Source of the DNA: Mytilus californianus
Taxonomy: Eukaryota
Assembly (NCBI RefSeq): GCF_021869535.1
Contig: NW_026262745.1
Coordinates: 20,460,001-20,524,000 of the forward strand
Reading direction: 5' to 3'
DNA length: 64,000 nucleotides
The stretch's first letter is position 1, and every line of letters starts with the position of its first letter. This document shows positions 22,401 to 40,200 of this stretch, one piece after another. Position numbers and translations under genes: made by a program. The notes under the pieces are model-generated. The model saw only the letters and a list, made by a program, of their open reading frames with translations. It was not told where the DNA came from and searched no databases.

Positions 22401-24435
22401 GACATTGTTACTTTAGATATTTAAATTACTTGGCAAGCTCTACTGTAAAATTTGCATTTGACTGACTCAAGATGAGAAAAATTGAATCACACATGATAGG
22501 TAGTAGAATCAATAATTAATAGATTTAGTATATTTGAAAACATCACTTATTTATTGTGTATTTGTGGAATTTAAAGATGTATGTTTTATGTATACCTCAC
22601 TTCTGAGTTGTCACATTATTAAAGGATTAAACATATTTTTTCTATAAATTATTGATGTGTTATATGAACTGAGGCGATTAACTCACAAACTGAATAATAG
22701 TCAAAAGGACTTGTATGATAAGTTTGATGAGTCAGCATCCCAGTTTACACTTAAAGAAACTCTAGAAAAAATATTCTTAATCCTAACAATATTGGTAATA
22801 TGCAAGTCATATAAGAATTATATTCTTTATATTCTCACAATTTTTATTGTGTTTAAGTTTTTTGAACTCTTTATTTTAATCTTTTTTTTAACAATTATAT
22901 ATTTTTATAAGTTGATCAAGGCTATGTACATGCTGCTGTATTTTACAGGAAGTCTGTTCTTATTTATCAAAACCATTGACAACAGATGCGTCATTGTTAT
23001 ATTTAGTATATGAGGCAGTTAATATGTACTATAACTATACTGGCAAGGCATCATGTCTAGATATTAACCAGGAGGCAACACAGGCTTTAGGAACAATGGG
23101 ATGGGACTATCAGGTATAGATATGTGTTTAACTTCCTTTAGATCACTATCACTATTGAATTTGAATTAAGAGATGTGGGTAGTGTTAAATGAGACAGGAA
23201 CCAAACAACACAATCATAACCCAAATGACGCCAAGAGGTCAAAATACATATTTCAACAATAGACAGGTTTTTATACAATATGTCAAACTATGGATTAGAC
23301 CAAGTCTAGAGAAGTATGATATGGAATAGACCAAGTCTAGAGAAGTATGATATGGAATAGACCAATTCTAGAGAAGTATGATATGGAATAGACCAAGTCT
23401 AGAGAACTATGATATTGAATAGACCAAGTCTAGAGAAATATGGTATGGAATAGACCAATTTTCTTATTATTTTACACCATTTCTTTCTAGGCTTGTACAG
23501 AAATGGTAATGCCAACCTGTTCTAATGGTAAAGATGACATGTTTGAGCCTGTAGAATGGGACTATGATGATTATGCCAAAGGATGCCAAAAACAATGGTC
23601 AGTTACACCTAGACCAATGTGGCCAATTATACAGTATGGAGGAAAAAATATAACTACAGCTTCAAACATAATATTTAGGTATGAAATTTTGTTCATGAAT
23701 GAAACACAATTCTTTGTTACCTATAGTTTTTGTAACATATTCTCATGTTAGTTGTGAGTGATGTCCAATCATATATCAGAAATTAATCATTCTATTTTGA
23801 ATGGGAGTAAGTTTTGAAAAATAATCTTGTGATCTTCAATTAAAAAAAAAATCAATCCTACATCGTTTTATGTTATATAACTTTTTGGTACATTCTTAAG
23901 ATTTTGGTTGGTACAGTTTTAACCATGTTTAACCAAGTACAAATCTTCTACAGGCTGGTATGCAGACTTAGACAAAACCACAAAATTGAATGTCCACCAA
24001 AATAAATGAATGGGACAGTGTCTCCTCATAAATTTCTTACATCATCTTGATAAACAGGAAATTATGAAATATCATCTTGTTTCTAGAAATTATACCGTCA
24101 CATCCATAACACTATTTATAAAAAAATAATTTCAGATAGCTTCACATTCTAGCAATATAGCATCATATTACCATGATGCTAAAAGGCCCTGGGGAGAACA
24201 CTGAATTATCCACAGTTTATTTTTCTTCTTTCACAGTAATGGTTTATTAGACCCTTGGTCATCAGGAGGAGTAACAGAGTCTTTATCAGCATCACTTACT
24301 GCCATCGTTATACCTGATGGGGCTCATCACTTAGATCTCAGAAGTACAAATAAAAATGATCCCAAAGATGTCACTCAAGCAAGACTGAAGGAAAAGGAGA
24401 TTATTACACAGTGGATAAAGGATTTTTATAAATAA
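10303..24435 (+). CDS. PRCP: Lysosomal Pro-X carboxypeptidase (prolylcarboxypeptidase, peptidase family S28), 9 coding exons: 10303-10455, 15639-15782, 17650-17751, 19494-19675, 21029-21186, 21810-21982, 22949-23113, 23491-23678, 24237-24435; 487 aa
   Basis: All 8 introns are GT-AG and phase-compatible (0,0,0,2,1,0,0,2). The spliced protein has a signal peptide ([21 protein letters not shown]) and S28 motifs: [39 protein letters not shown], catalytic [34 protein letters not shown] (Asp) and GAHHLDLR (His). The triad is intact. Confidence 0.97.
11714..11757 (+). ncRNA. Minimal type I hammerhead ribozyme, copy 1 (predicted cleavage GUA/ after 11752)
   Basis: GUC-CUGAAGA-c-GCCAC(cguaa)GUGGC-GAAA-CAU-GUA-GAC. 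Stem I is GUC/GAC, stem II has 5 bp with G10.1-C11.1, and the stem III region is the palindrome ACAUGU. Confidence 0.8.
12464..12507 (+). ncRNA. Minimal type I hammerhead ribozyme, copy 2 (predicted cleavage after 12502)
   Basis: Core identical to copy 1. Confidence 0.8.
14150..14488 (-). repeat. High-copy interspersed repeat family B (other copies at 5372-5703, 18218-18320 and 37560-37665)
   Basis: cattggctagaggtataggggg...gaagacccattggtggcc...cccatttccattctcaatttt is shared among the copies. Confidence 0.9.
15639..15782 (+). CDS. PRCP: PRCP exon 2 (VDHFGF to FCNNT)
   Basis: ttcttcag| acceptor, |gtgagt donor, 144 nt. Confidence 0.96.
15817..16030 (+). repeat. Family A copy with internal deletion, directly after PRCP exon 2
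   Basis: ggaaatgtggtatgatt...ctcctgacttgggacaggc. Confidence 0.75.
16070..17092 (+). mobile_element. HINE / DINE-1 / pearl-like non-autonomous Helentron with internal ~150-bp tandem repeats (PRCP intron 2)
   Basis: T-rich start with ATGTCCCCGC; inverted subTIR GCGGGGGCAT at 17047; 3' hairpin GTGTCTAC-AT-GTGGACAC; GTCC-rich tract; repeated unit gcctcaaccaaatgttatgaaacttatacacaatgc. Confidence 0.75.
17650..17751 (+). CDS. PRCP: PRCP exon 3 (GFMWEL to QSFK)
   Basis: ttacag| and |gtgaag, 102 nt, EHRYYG motif. Confidence 0.96.
18401..19104 (+). mobile_element. HINE/pearl-like element with ~190-bp internal repeats and a (GGC)n tract (PRCP intron 3)
   Basis: Start tttttattgtcgagcctgcgac (a second start lies at about 18970); units begin at about 18497, 18688 and 18880; 3' hairpin GGGTTC-CGCA-GAACCC followed by a T-rich end. 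Confidence 0.7.
19494..19675 (+). CDS. PRCP: PRCP exon 4 (catalytic Ser, GGSYGG)
   Basis: tttcag| and |gtaatg, 182 nt. Confidence 0.97.
21029..21186 (+). CDS. PRCP: PRCP exon 5 ([11 protein letters not shown]...)
   Basis: atacag| and |gtaaca, 158 nt. Confidence 0.96.
21810..21982 (+). CDS. PRCP: PRCP exon 6 (...[21 protein letters not shown])
   Basis: atacag| and |gtaatc, 173 nt. Confidence 0.96.
22949..23113 (+). CDS. PRCP: PRCP exon 7 (EVCSYLSK to GWDYQ), absent from the ORF track
   Basis: ttacag| and |gtatag, 165 nt, NMYYNYTG...C...LG..GWDYQ motif. Confidence 0.95.
23289..23460. repeat. 31-bp minisatellite, about 5.5 copies (PRCP intron 7)
   Basis: Unit TATGGAATAGACCAAGTCTAGAGAAGTATGA starts at 23289, 23320, 23351, 23382, 23413 and 23444. 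Confidence 0.95.
23491..23678 (+). CDS. PRCP: PRCP exon 8 (ACTEMVMP to NIIF)
   Basis: ttctag| and |gtatga, 188 nt. Confidence 0.96.
24237..24435 (+). CDS. PRCP: PRCP exon 9 (NGLLDPW...GAHHLDLR...DFYK*)
   Basis: tcacag| acceptor, catalytic Asp and His, TAA at 24433-24435. Confidence 0.96.
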
Positions 24436-25839
24436 TTTATTTTTTATATTATTGAATTATTTCTTAGAGCATAAAGTATTTTTATTAATTTATATTAAAA
24501 ATTATATATTATTTTTCTTGGATTATTGCATATTAACGGGAAAAGGACTAGTCTTAAAAAAAATTGTTACATTTTTGTTGGTTATTATATATGTGCTTGT
24601 TGAATATTTTTGATATTTTATAGCAATTAGAATTTGCTAACCCCATTGTTTATTAAGTTTTACTGTAGAAGGCAGATTGCTTGTCCTTTAAAATTCAATA
24701 GTTTGCATTATTCTGATGAGGCAGATCTTACTTGAAAAGTTTGGGATTTTGATTAAATGCTTATTGATTCATATTATTTTATGGTTCTTTTTTGGGTAAT
24801 TTTTACCATATAGAAAATAGTGTTGAAATGATACAGTATCTTTTAAAAACAATCTTTGTTTGAGAAGTTGAAATAGTATTTAAAGCGTTTTTCTCTTTTG
24901 TATACAATATCATGAAATGGCTAAGTTATTTCATTATAGCTACGATATTTGTTAACTTTTATACTATAGATGACCTTAAAGTTCAAAATGACCTTGAATA
25001 AATCCATATTTTTAGAAATGCTGACAATTTTCATTTTTCAATCCATGAGTGTAATTCTAATGACAATTTATTGTGGTGGTAATTTGATATTTGCTTTTCT
25101 TTCAGTCTGAACTTGCTATTTGAGAATTATAGCCCTTGTTATTTTCATGATAATGTGATTGACAAAAATTTAGTCCCTCGTCATGTTTTAAGCACATTCT
25201 GTGCCCTCAGCTGCTAAATTTGTTGTTATTTTTAAAACTTTTATTGATATTCGAACTGGTGCTGGATGAAATGTATTTTGCTACTTATCTTAATAAACTG
25301 TTTTATCTAAATATTGCTGTTTTATTTAATATGAAGCTTTTCTTAAATATTTATTTCAATAATCTGATTCCCCATTGGCCACAGATAAACAGACTCCAAC
25401 CAACAGAAGGATCTTCACACAAGAACACTAACAAAATGACAAGCTGTATGTTTAGTCATTTTGTAAGACTTGTAGGACATTGATTTATGTATCAATGTGT
25501 TGTGTAACCCTCTTGGTCTTTTCCAAGATGTTGACTTCAGTATTTTTTTATATTGTCTTTGATACTGTTTTCTGAAATCTAGAAAAGAATACATCTAGAC
25601 TTTATTGATGGTGAATTTTGACAGGGTTTACTTGTTTTTTAGGAGTCTTTATATTAAAAACATGTTACTTTTTATATGGAAATAAACCCAAAAAGTTACA
25701 CATGAGAACAGTTTTTTTGGTGTATTGGTTTCTCACAAGGATTCAGTCAAATAAATGTATCTTTGTCTGTAACATTGATTTCATCATATCCAAAGTCTTA
25801 TGTACCATTTGAGGAACCTTTTTACAGATTAAAATAATA

Positions 25840-26035
25840 GCGGCTATTATCAAGTGCAAGAGGTCAAACCAGACTTTCAAATTGGCATTTGCCGCTTTTA
25901 CACAAACCACAAGGCATTGTTAGGAGTGAGTAGAGATTGGTCTGCTTGGAGTTAAAATCTAGGTAGGTTGACATGTCCTTCTGTAGACTGTTGCCATAGT
26001 GGTCATATCAAATTAATTTTTTATCTCAACAATAT
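25840..26035 (+). mobile_element. Decayed bivalve SINE central domain (Meta/V-type)
   Basis: ggtcaaaccagactttcaaattggcatttgccgctt...gcattgttaggagtgag resembles the recalled central-domain consensus; not verified. Confidence 0.4.
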
Positions 26036-26189
26036 ATGCATGTACAGTAAGACATTTCAGCAGTGATCCATCCACCAAGCACAGATATGCAATCTGAAAA
26101 CCTACAAGGCCTCCAAAGCTGTACATACTATAATACCGTGCATGTCTGCAGGATTTCCCCTCAACCGCTCAAAGTTTCTATCTATTATA

Positions 26190-27830
26190 GTAAAGATAAA
26201 AGCAGAAATGCAAAACAATTAGTAAAGATTGTCATTAAAGGGCAAGAATTCTAATAAGGAGTCGTTGGACAATTTCCTTTTATATTGGCTTAAATGTAGA
26301 TCTTGTCTTGCTGATCATTTTTGCTTAGTTTAGTTTCTGTCTTTTATAATTTTCAAGATATCAGGCAAAACCGAAAAAATGGGTAAAAATTGTCATTTGA
26401 GGGCAAAAACTCAAATAAGGAGTCTTCAGACAATTTCCTGCAATTGACTTGATTGTAGATCTTGTTTTGTTGATCATTTTTGCTGATTCAGTTTCTACCT
26501 ATCTATTATAATTTTTAAGATATTAGGCAATAAACTGCTTCGCTGAGCGCAGCTGGATACGCCCGCAGAGGTCCAACCCTGAATAGTTGGGGCAAAAATG
26601 GACACAATATTCAAGCTTGATACAGGTCTGAATTTGGATTGTAATTAAATATTTGACATATTATAGGTTTCTTAATAAATGTAGTCAAAAATTAAAGATT
26701 TCTTGCTGTTGTGCAATACACTGTGCTGTTGCGCAATACTTAGTAAATCTGTTGTCAGACTATAAACAATTAAAGTTCAATTAATTCTCAATGTCATACT
26801 AGAAATTTATGAAAATGTAAAGGGAGCTTACATCAATAGATATAAACAATTCACCAAAGTTTCATGAGAATTGCTGACAGCATTTTTGAGTTATTGTCCG
26901 AAAACTGGAAAATCCCCCCTTTTTTAATCAATAAAACCCCTTAACTCAGAAATGTAAGATGTAAAATTTTAAAAATTCTAAAGGGAGCTTACATCAATAG
27001 ATATAAACAATTCACCAAAGTTTCATATGAACTGTTGAAAGCATTTTTGAGTTTTTGTCTGAAAACTGGAAAATCCCCCTTTTTTTTATGAATAAAACCC
27101 TGTAACTGGGAAACGTAAAATCTAAAATTTATAAAAATCAAAAGGGAGCTCATGTCAATAGATATAAACAATTCACCACAATTTCTTGCAAGTTGGTGAA
27201 AGCATTCTTGAGTTATTGTCCGAAAACTGGAAAATCCCCCTTTTTTTAAAGAATAAAACCCCATAACTCGGAAACTTAAAATCTAAAATTTATAAAAAAC
27301 GAAAGGGAGCTCACGTCAATAGATATAAACAATTCACCAAAGTTTTATGCAAATTAGTTCTGGCGTTTTTGAGTAAATGTCCGACATGTTGACGACGGAC
27401 GGACAGACGGACGGACGGACGGACAGACGGACAGCGGTATACCATAATACGTCCCGTAAACGGGCGTATAAAAATGCAAAAAATTGGTAAAAATCGTTAT
27501 TTAAGGGTAGCAACTCCCAGTTTCGATTTAAATAAACATTAGGTAGATCTCAACATTCTAAACATTTTTGTTTGTGTCAGATATTCTCTTATCTATAGTG
27601 GTTTTTAAGATGATAGACAAAAACCATGGTGGCAAATTTTTGTTGGCAGGCTGGGTCATCCCACACATTTTTAAACTAGATACTCCAGTGATGATTGTGG
27701 CGAAGTTTGGTTAAATTCGACCCAGTAGTTTCAGAGGAGAAGATATTTGTAAAAGATAACAGACAACGACGGACGGGATACCAAGTGATGAGAAAAGCTA
27801 ACTTGGCCCTCTGGGCCAGGTGAGCTTAAA
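26190..27830 (-). mobile_element. Second HINE-type element (minus-strand start TTTAAGCTCACCTGGCCC...GGGCCAAG) whose ~170-bp array is interrupted by the 26531-27474 element
   Basis: The unit aaaaa(t)tggtaaaaattgtcatt(t)aaggg recurs at about 26210 and 26380 and resumes at 27475; start hairpin at 27803-27826; left boundary approximate. Confidence 0.6.
26531..27474 (-). mobile_element. HINE/DINE-1-like element with a (GACG/GACA)n microsatellite and about 3.5 copies of a ~161-bp unit
   Basis: SubTIRs ATACGCCC (26557) and GGGCGTAT (27462); microsatellite at 27391-27433; units begin at about 26820, 26982, 27142 and 27303; terminal hairpin at about 26533-26555. Confidence 0.8.
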
Positions 27831-28193
27831 ATAAGAAGATAAGGTATGATTGCCAATGAGAGAACTCTCCACCAGAGACCAAATGACATAGAAGTTAACT
27901 ACTAGAGGTCACTGTACGGCCTTTAACAATGATCAAAACACATACTGCAAAGTAAGCTAAAAAAGGCCCAAAAATAACAAATGTAAAACAATTAAAACAA
28001 GAAAACTAATGACCTGATTTATGAAAAAAAAATCAAAGAGAATAAACAGCTACAAATGACAACACTGAATTACAGGCTCCTGACATCGGACAGACACATA
28101 CAGAATGTGGAGGGGTTTAACATGTTTGCTGTTGCCAAACCCTCCTCCTAAACTGGGACAGTGGTGTAACAGTACAACATAAGAACAAACTAT
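27831..28193 (+). repeat. Family A copy
   Basis: ataagaagataaggtatgattgccaatgag...acaacataagaacaaactata. Confidence 0.85.
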
Positions 28194-30477
28194 ATGTTGC
28201 ATGGATGATAATATTATGGCTATTAAAAGAACTGAGATTTTGATGCTGATTGAACATTCAATATTTCTATAAGAAACTTCAGAGACTGAGTAATTTTATC
28301 CATGGACTATGCATGGATAGCCCCTGATGAAGTCTATGATTTTGAGATCCTTTGAATGTATATCTAAAATAACTGGCATTGCAGAACATATTTTGATTCA
28401 CAATCCAATTTATTTCATATTATGTACGAGTGACATGATGGTTTGTTATTTTTGTAATTTTGGTGTGACACGACATAGGATTCAGGGGGTCTGCCTTCTC
28501 ATAGGCTAAGGACAATACTTGAATATTTTAACAAAAGTCCTTTGATCAGCTTCCTATGTACCAAGGTGAGCATTACAGGGTCCTTGAAGTCTTTAATTTC
28601 TATTCATGTATCATCTCAAGACTGAAAAATAAATTAATGGTTGTCTACTTGATAGGTTTAGATGAATTTAAATAATTTTACTTATATGTAAAACAATTGG
28701 GTTATAACACATTTTATCATCATTTGTTTATGTTTCCTTGTTTTGATGACTTTCAGTTTCACAATCGTGTATTTTCCTGTAGAATGCTTATATTCTTGCA
28801 TCATCGTTCAATGACGTCGGGTAGCTCATTCATAAAAAAAAGCATATGACGTGAGAGTATGATCTGAACAGCCCAAACAATATATTCATATTTTACCGTG
28901 GGTGTGTACTCAAAGCATTTGAAGAACATCATATTAGAATCTTCAATATTCAAGGCATTACATTGTATATTGGAACAGACAAATTGCTATTGAAGAATTT
29001 ATTAACATGTACAACATGTACAATATATCACAACTGAATATTTGAAAATATTAAAATAATGCAAAATGCATGCTGTAGATTTACAATAAATCTCGACAGG
29101 TATGAAAATTGAAAAAAAATCGAATTTTTAAAACAGATCTCTTAAAAAAGAGAAACTATATTTCCATCCAATGAAGTTTTTTCTCAATCTATTAGTAAAT
29201 AGGACTGATTTGTTATTTACAATTTGTAACTTGAATAATAATCAACAGTAACATATACATGTAGTTGACACAACTGTGAAAAAATATTATTTTCAAATAT
29301 TAAACATATTAAATAATGAAATAATTTATATGTATAAAATGTGTGTACACAAAGGACCAGTTATATTGCAAATAAAACATATTTTAAGTCATGTCACAAA
29401 TTCTAAATTTGACTCTTAAACTGTGTTTTGACCTCACTGCCTCTCCAATTTAAATAGTAGATTTTTAATTGTTAACTAAATGTACTATATAAAGGTTTGG
29501 TGAGTCACTGAGTGGTAAATAATAAATTGTTTAATATACATTTTTAATATGGAAACATTTCAATGAAACAGGCAAATTGGATAAGAAGATTGTTAATAAT
29601 CCAGATACAAACAGAATAATGGTGAATAAGCCAGAGAATAAAAACTGATAGTCAACAACACTTTATAGCAAGAAGCTAGTTTCATTTTCATATAAAGAGA
29701 AATAACCCATATTCCATTAAATTTTAGTCAATTCAAAATTCTGAAAATTTGTTAGTAAAGAGTTCTTTTATTGATAATTTTTATGTAACATTTTTGTGTA
29801 CATATACATCAGATCAAATTTGAACTATAAATGCTTTTCTGCTTTCATGCATTAAACCTTTTCATATTATAATTATTTCTGATTAAATGGTCTTCTACAG
29901 CAGTTGTTCAAATATGAAAATAATAATTTTGCTAATTTTCTAAAAAAAAAAAACAAAAAAAAACTTATTTATAGTTATGTTTATTGTTTGGTTACCAAAT
30001 CTGCGAGTTGAACTTTTGAATTTATGTAAATTCTGGTGTGAAAAGTATTCAGCTTTGGTATGGTATGACACTAGATGGAGAACAGCAATTTTAAGTACTG
30101 TTCCTTTACTTTAGGCTTTGTCTCAAGTGTGAGTAGTAATTTTTGTCTCATGAATTAATACATACACCAAACCATTCATTTTAATTGAAAAATGTTGACA
30201 TAAATAATATATACAAGCATGTTATCAAAACAAATGATACAGAAAAAACATGCCATACAAAATGTCAATTCAATAACTTAATGAATTCATTCTTTATAAT
30301 GATAACTAACAGATACATTGTATCCTTGACTTGCAAACAGAGTTATCTTCCTTTAGTTGTATCTATCCTTGGAAAGCATTTCATAATGGAAAAGCTGTTA
30401 ATGGCCGATTTTCCTCCTGAATTTCCACAAGAATTATGAATGAATTTGATGAAATAATTCCTAAACTAAGATTAATA

Positions 30478-36744
<6,267 letters not shown>

Positions 36745-37081
36745 TATGACAGCTGTGACACGCAATCCCGGAAGTGGAGGTTCTGATACCGCTCATATAA
36801 ATGAAAAAAAGTTAATAAAGCATTTTACTTATGTAGATAAAACCGATTTCATTTGTCCTATCATAATATTCATAATACAAAAAACAGCTGATATTTTTTA
36901 TTTCTGTTTAACAGCATTGAATATATGCTTTAATTTTAGATGTCGGTTATTGAAAGGAAACTATTTTTGCTCTTAGGGAAATCCCAGCGATGTTGTCGAC
37001 ACCTAGCGGAAAGAAGTATTTTATTAGCATTTAATCATGTGACTTGATAAGAAATGATCTCTTGAACAGTGGTGTGCAGAG
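36745..37081. promoter_or_regulatory. Putative bidirectional promoter between UFM1 and the secreted-protein gene
   Basis: The divergent start codons are about 340 bp apart. ETS-type CCGGAAGT at 36768-36775; M-box/E-box TCATGTGA at 37035-37042. Confidence 0.6.
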
Positions 37082-37214
37082 ATGGGGCTTTACTTTGTTT
37101 TAATTTTGTCAGTATTTACTTTATGCAATGTTTATGCAGCAAATTATTTAGGACCTACGGATGAATCAATTAAAAATAAGATTAAAAGAGGAGACTTAGC
37201 AGAAGGATTCGTTG
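37082..37214 (+). CDS. Signal-peptide exon (MGLYFVLILSVFTLCNVYAA-NYLGPTDESIKNKIKRGDLAEGFV)
   Basis: ATG, hydrophobic core, VYA/A cleavage-like site, strong donor G|gtaagt. Confidence 0.75.
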
Positions 37215-40200
37215 GTAAGTTTTTTTTACTATATAGCAATTTTTATAAGAGGCGTATTTCACACTATGTTATATATCTGGATATCTTATTCTATTTATCA
37301 ATACAGTAGCGGACTCTGCATTATAATACTTTTCAACATTTGCCTTTCAGTGAAATTTTTTCGTCTTTCGGCAGTTTTAATTTCCATTGGTTATATATTT
37401 TATATAAGTTTAATTAACAAATATCGCAAAATATATATGACATATATTAACTTTTAAAAATTACAAAAGCAAGATTATACGAATCTTGCATGAATGCCCA
37501 TTGTAAATGGTGGAGTTTTGTCACAAAACAAAAGAATTAGTGTAGAACTGTGTTACTAATAAAATTGAGAATGGAAATGGGGAATATGCCAAAGAGACAA
37601 CAACCCGACCAAAGAGCAGACAACAGCCGAAGGCCACCAATGGGTCTTCAATGCAGCGAGAAAATAAGGATTTTAAAGGTACTCGACGTATTATATCTAT
37701 ATGTCGTATAGCTTTTATTGCGCTGATGTGGCGTTAAGCAATCACCAATCAATCAACCAATATATCTATGTCGATAAGGACAAGAACTCATTTGGAAGCT
37801 GAGCAAAAAAAAAGCGAATGCGATGTTGGAAATGAATAACCAACCCACATATACTCGATTACTGCAATTACCCGTTTCTTTACGACACCTTATTTATTAG
37901 TTTGATAGGTTAATCAGTTATGTTAAATGTCAGTTGGCAATGTGAGAACACTTTTACACCAAAAAATTGAGTCAGTGTTAGACCAACACCAGAAAAATTG
38001 ACCCCTCCAAAAATGTCAAGAAAAAAAAGGTCACAGTGGTTATCATGATCAAACAAGGGATTAATAAAATACATATGAAACACATGCACAGGTAACATAT
38101 TGTTTTATCTACATACTATCTTCCAATATAGTATCCGTGAATTTTTTTATATACTATAATGATTTTCTAACCCAGGAATAGATAACCTTAGCAGAATTTG
38201 GCAAAATATTTCGGAATTTTGGTCCTCAATGCTCTTTAACTTCGTATGTGACATTTTTATCTTTTTTGATTTTTGTATCACTGATGAGCCTTTTTGTAGA
38301 CGAAACGCGCGTCTGGCGTATCTATGATAACTTATTTGCATAACCTTGCTTTTGATACAAAAAATGTAATTGAGTTCTATATAAAGAGTCTGATGTTTTC
38401 CCATCATTTCAATTGACTGTGAATGTTTGGATTCAATTAATTTAAAAGTGGTCGACGATTTACTGTAACAAGTGCTGCTGGTTACGAAAGGACCATATCA
38501 TAAACATAACAAAACAAACTGTACCATTTTGTATCGGTAACCGATGAAACTGAAATCGCTGTAAGATAACACTTCACAGATTATACATCAGATATTGTCA
38601 ATGAATTCGGTTTGCTTCGTTAGGTACTCTTTTTAAATAAACAATCAGCTGATAATTAAGCATGCCGCTTTCTTAATTTGTATTTTTACTTCAAGTTTAA
38701 ACAACTTCACAGGTAAAGCTAGCAAAATGCTAATATTTCGACAAAATACAGAAATCCCATATCCCGCTTTCAGAGAGAACAGTAATTTACACTTCACACA
38801 GTTTAATAGCAGATACAAAATCTTTCCACAGGCAATGTGAATTCTACTGACCCAAGGGGGGGGGGGAATCAAAAGCAAACAAAAATGCAAATCGTGACCA
38901 AACTGTCAACTTCATAAGAATAGGAAAAATATACTTTCAAACGTATATACATGTAGATGAATAAAAAAAGCCACACCAGATTCTCACTCGCCTAAATTTG
39001 GTGTCAGATAACGTCGTGCATGTAGTATAAATTCTTTAAGGTTGATACATATACGTTAAGCAAATTTGCACTTAAAGAGTTGAAAAGTTAACCAGAATAA
39101 TAATGAAATATTGTCTCCATGCAATTCTCAACTACTGTAATGATTAAGTCGTCTTGTTATTTTAACAAATAAATTGTTAATGTTCTAATATTTATAAGAC
39201 TAAGAAGATATGATGTGATTGCCAGACAATGATATGAAAAAAATAGAGACAAACGAACAATGAACAAAACCGTATTGAACATGACGAAACGGCTCCGGTG
39301 GGTATGACAAAATGTTGAAAACCAACGGCTTTTTGTATACCGCAATGAAGGAAATATAGTAACATATATTGCATTACAAATAGAAATTTTCCGATTTTAG
39401 ATTATTATTTGGACAAAATAATTTTGATTTTTTTGTTGTTTTACACAATAAAACACGATAGTTATTAAATTGATTAAATAATTCAAATCCTTGCCATAAG
39501 CAACAGTTATATTTAAGCATCTATAAAATAAGTGTTTTTCGAATGTCTCTACTCCTAATATGCCACACAAGCGATCTACTTGTGGGGATTTTGGGTGTAA
39601 TGTTATATGGACAAAGGAGGGTCACATGTAACAGAGTGCATTATAATATTAAAACCCATAAAGAATAATATTTCACAAAATTGCATACAAAGAAGCATAT
39701 TTATGAAGTTTTTAACGCTAATTGGATCAATTCGTATTTTTCTAAATGCGTTTTATTACATAACACACACCGTGGAGTTATCGTTTTAAATGAGAAATGA
39801 ATTCTTATTTCAGTCCACCAAATGATTAAACTTGAATGAAAGAAACGTAAAACTTATATAAAAAAAGAAGTTCTCCAACATGATGAAATTGGGTAAACCT
39901 AAGCAAAACGGGAGTATACACATATGTGCTTATGTAAACCTAAGCAAAACGGGAGTACACATTTGTGCGTACATGATGAACTTGTCGATCACAATCGTAA
40001 TGTCTCTTACAAGTACAGATATCGAATCAGAGATAAGCTACATGTAAAGTCAACATATGGTCACAAATCTTTGTTTACATCTATAATATCAATTTGAAAT
40101 TAACACAATTACGAAACTTTACATTTGAAATAGTTTTTCGCAAATGTTGAAATCTTGTGTACCATGTGTTATGTGTTAATATATTTTTATTGGGGAGGGG

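Noticed and set aside
22657-23013. 118-aa hydrophobic ORF, and similar I/L/F/Y-rich ORFs throughout the track
   Set aside because: This is AT-rich intron sequence overlapping PRCP exon 7 in the wrong frame. Such ORFs are compositional artefacts.
23289-23460. CRISPR-like array
   Set aside because: Head-to-tail units with no unique spacers, in a eukaryotic intron; it is a minisatellite.
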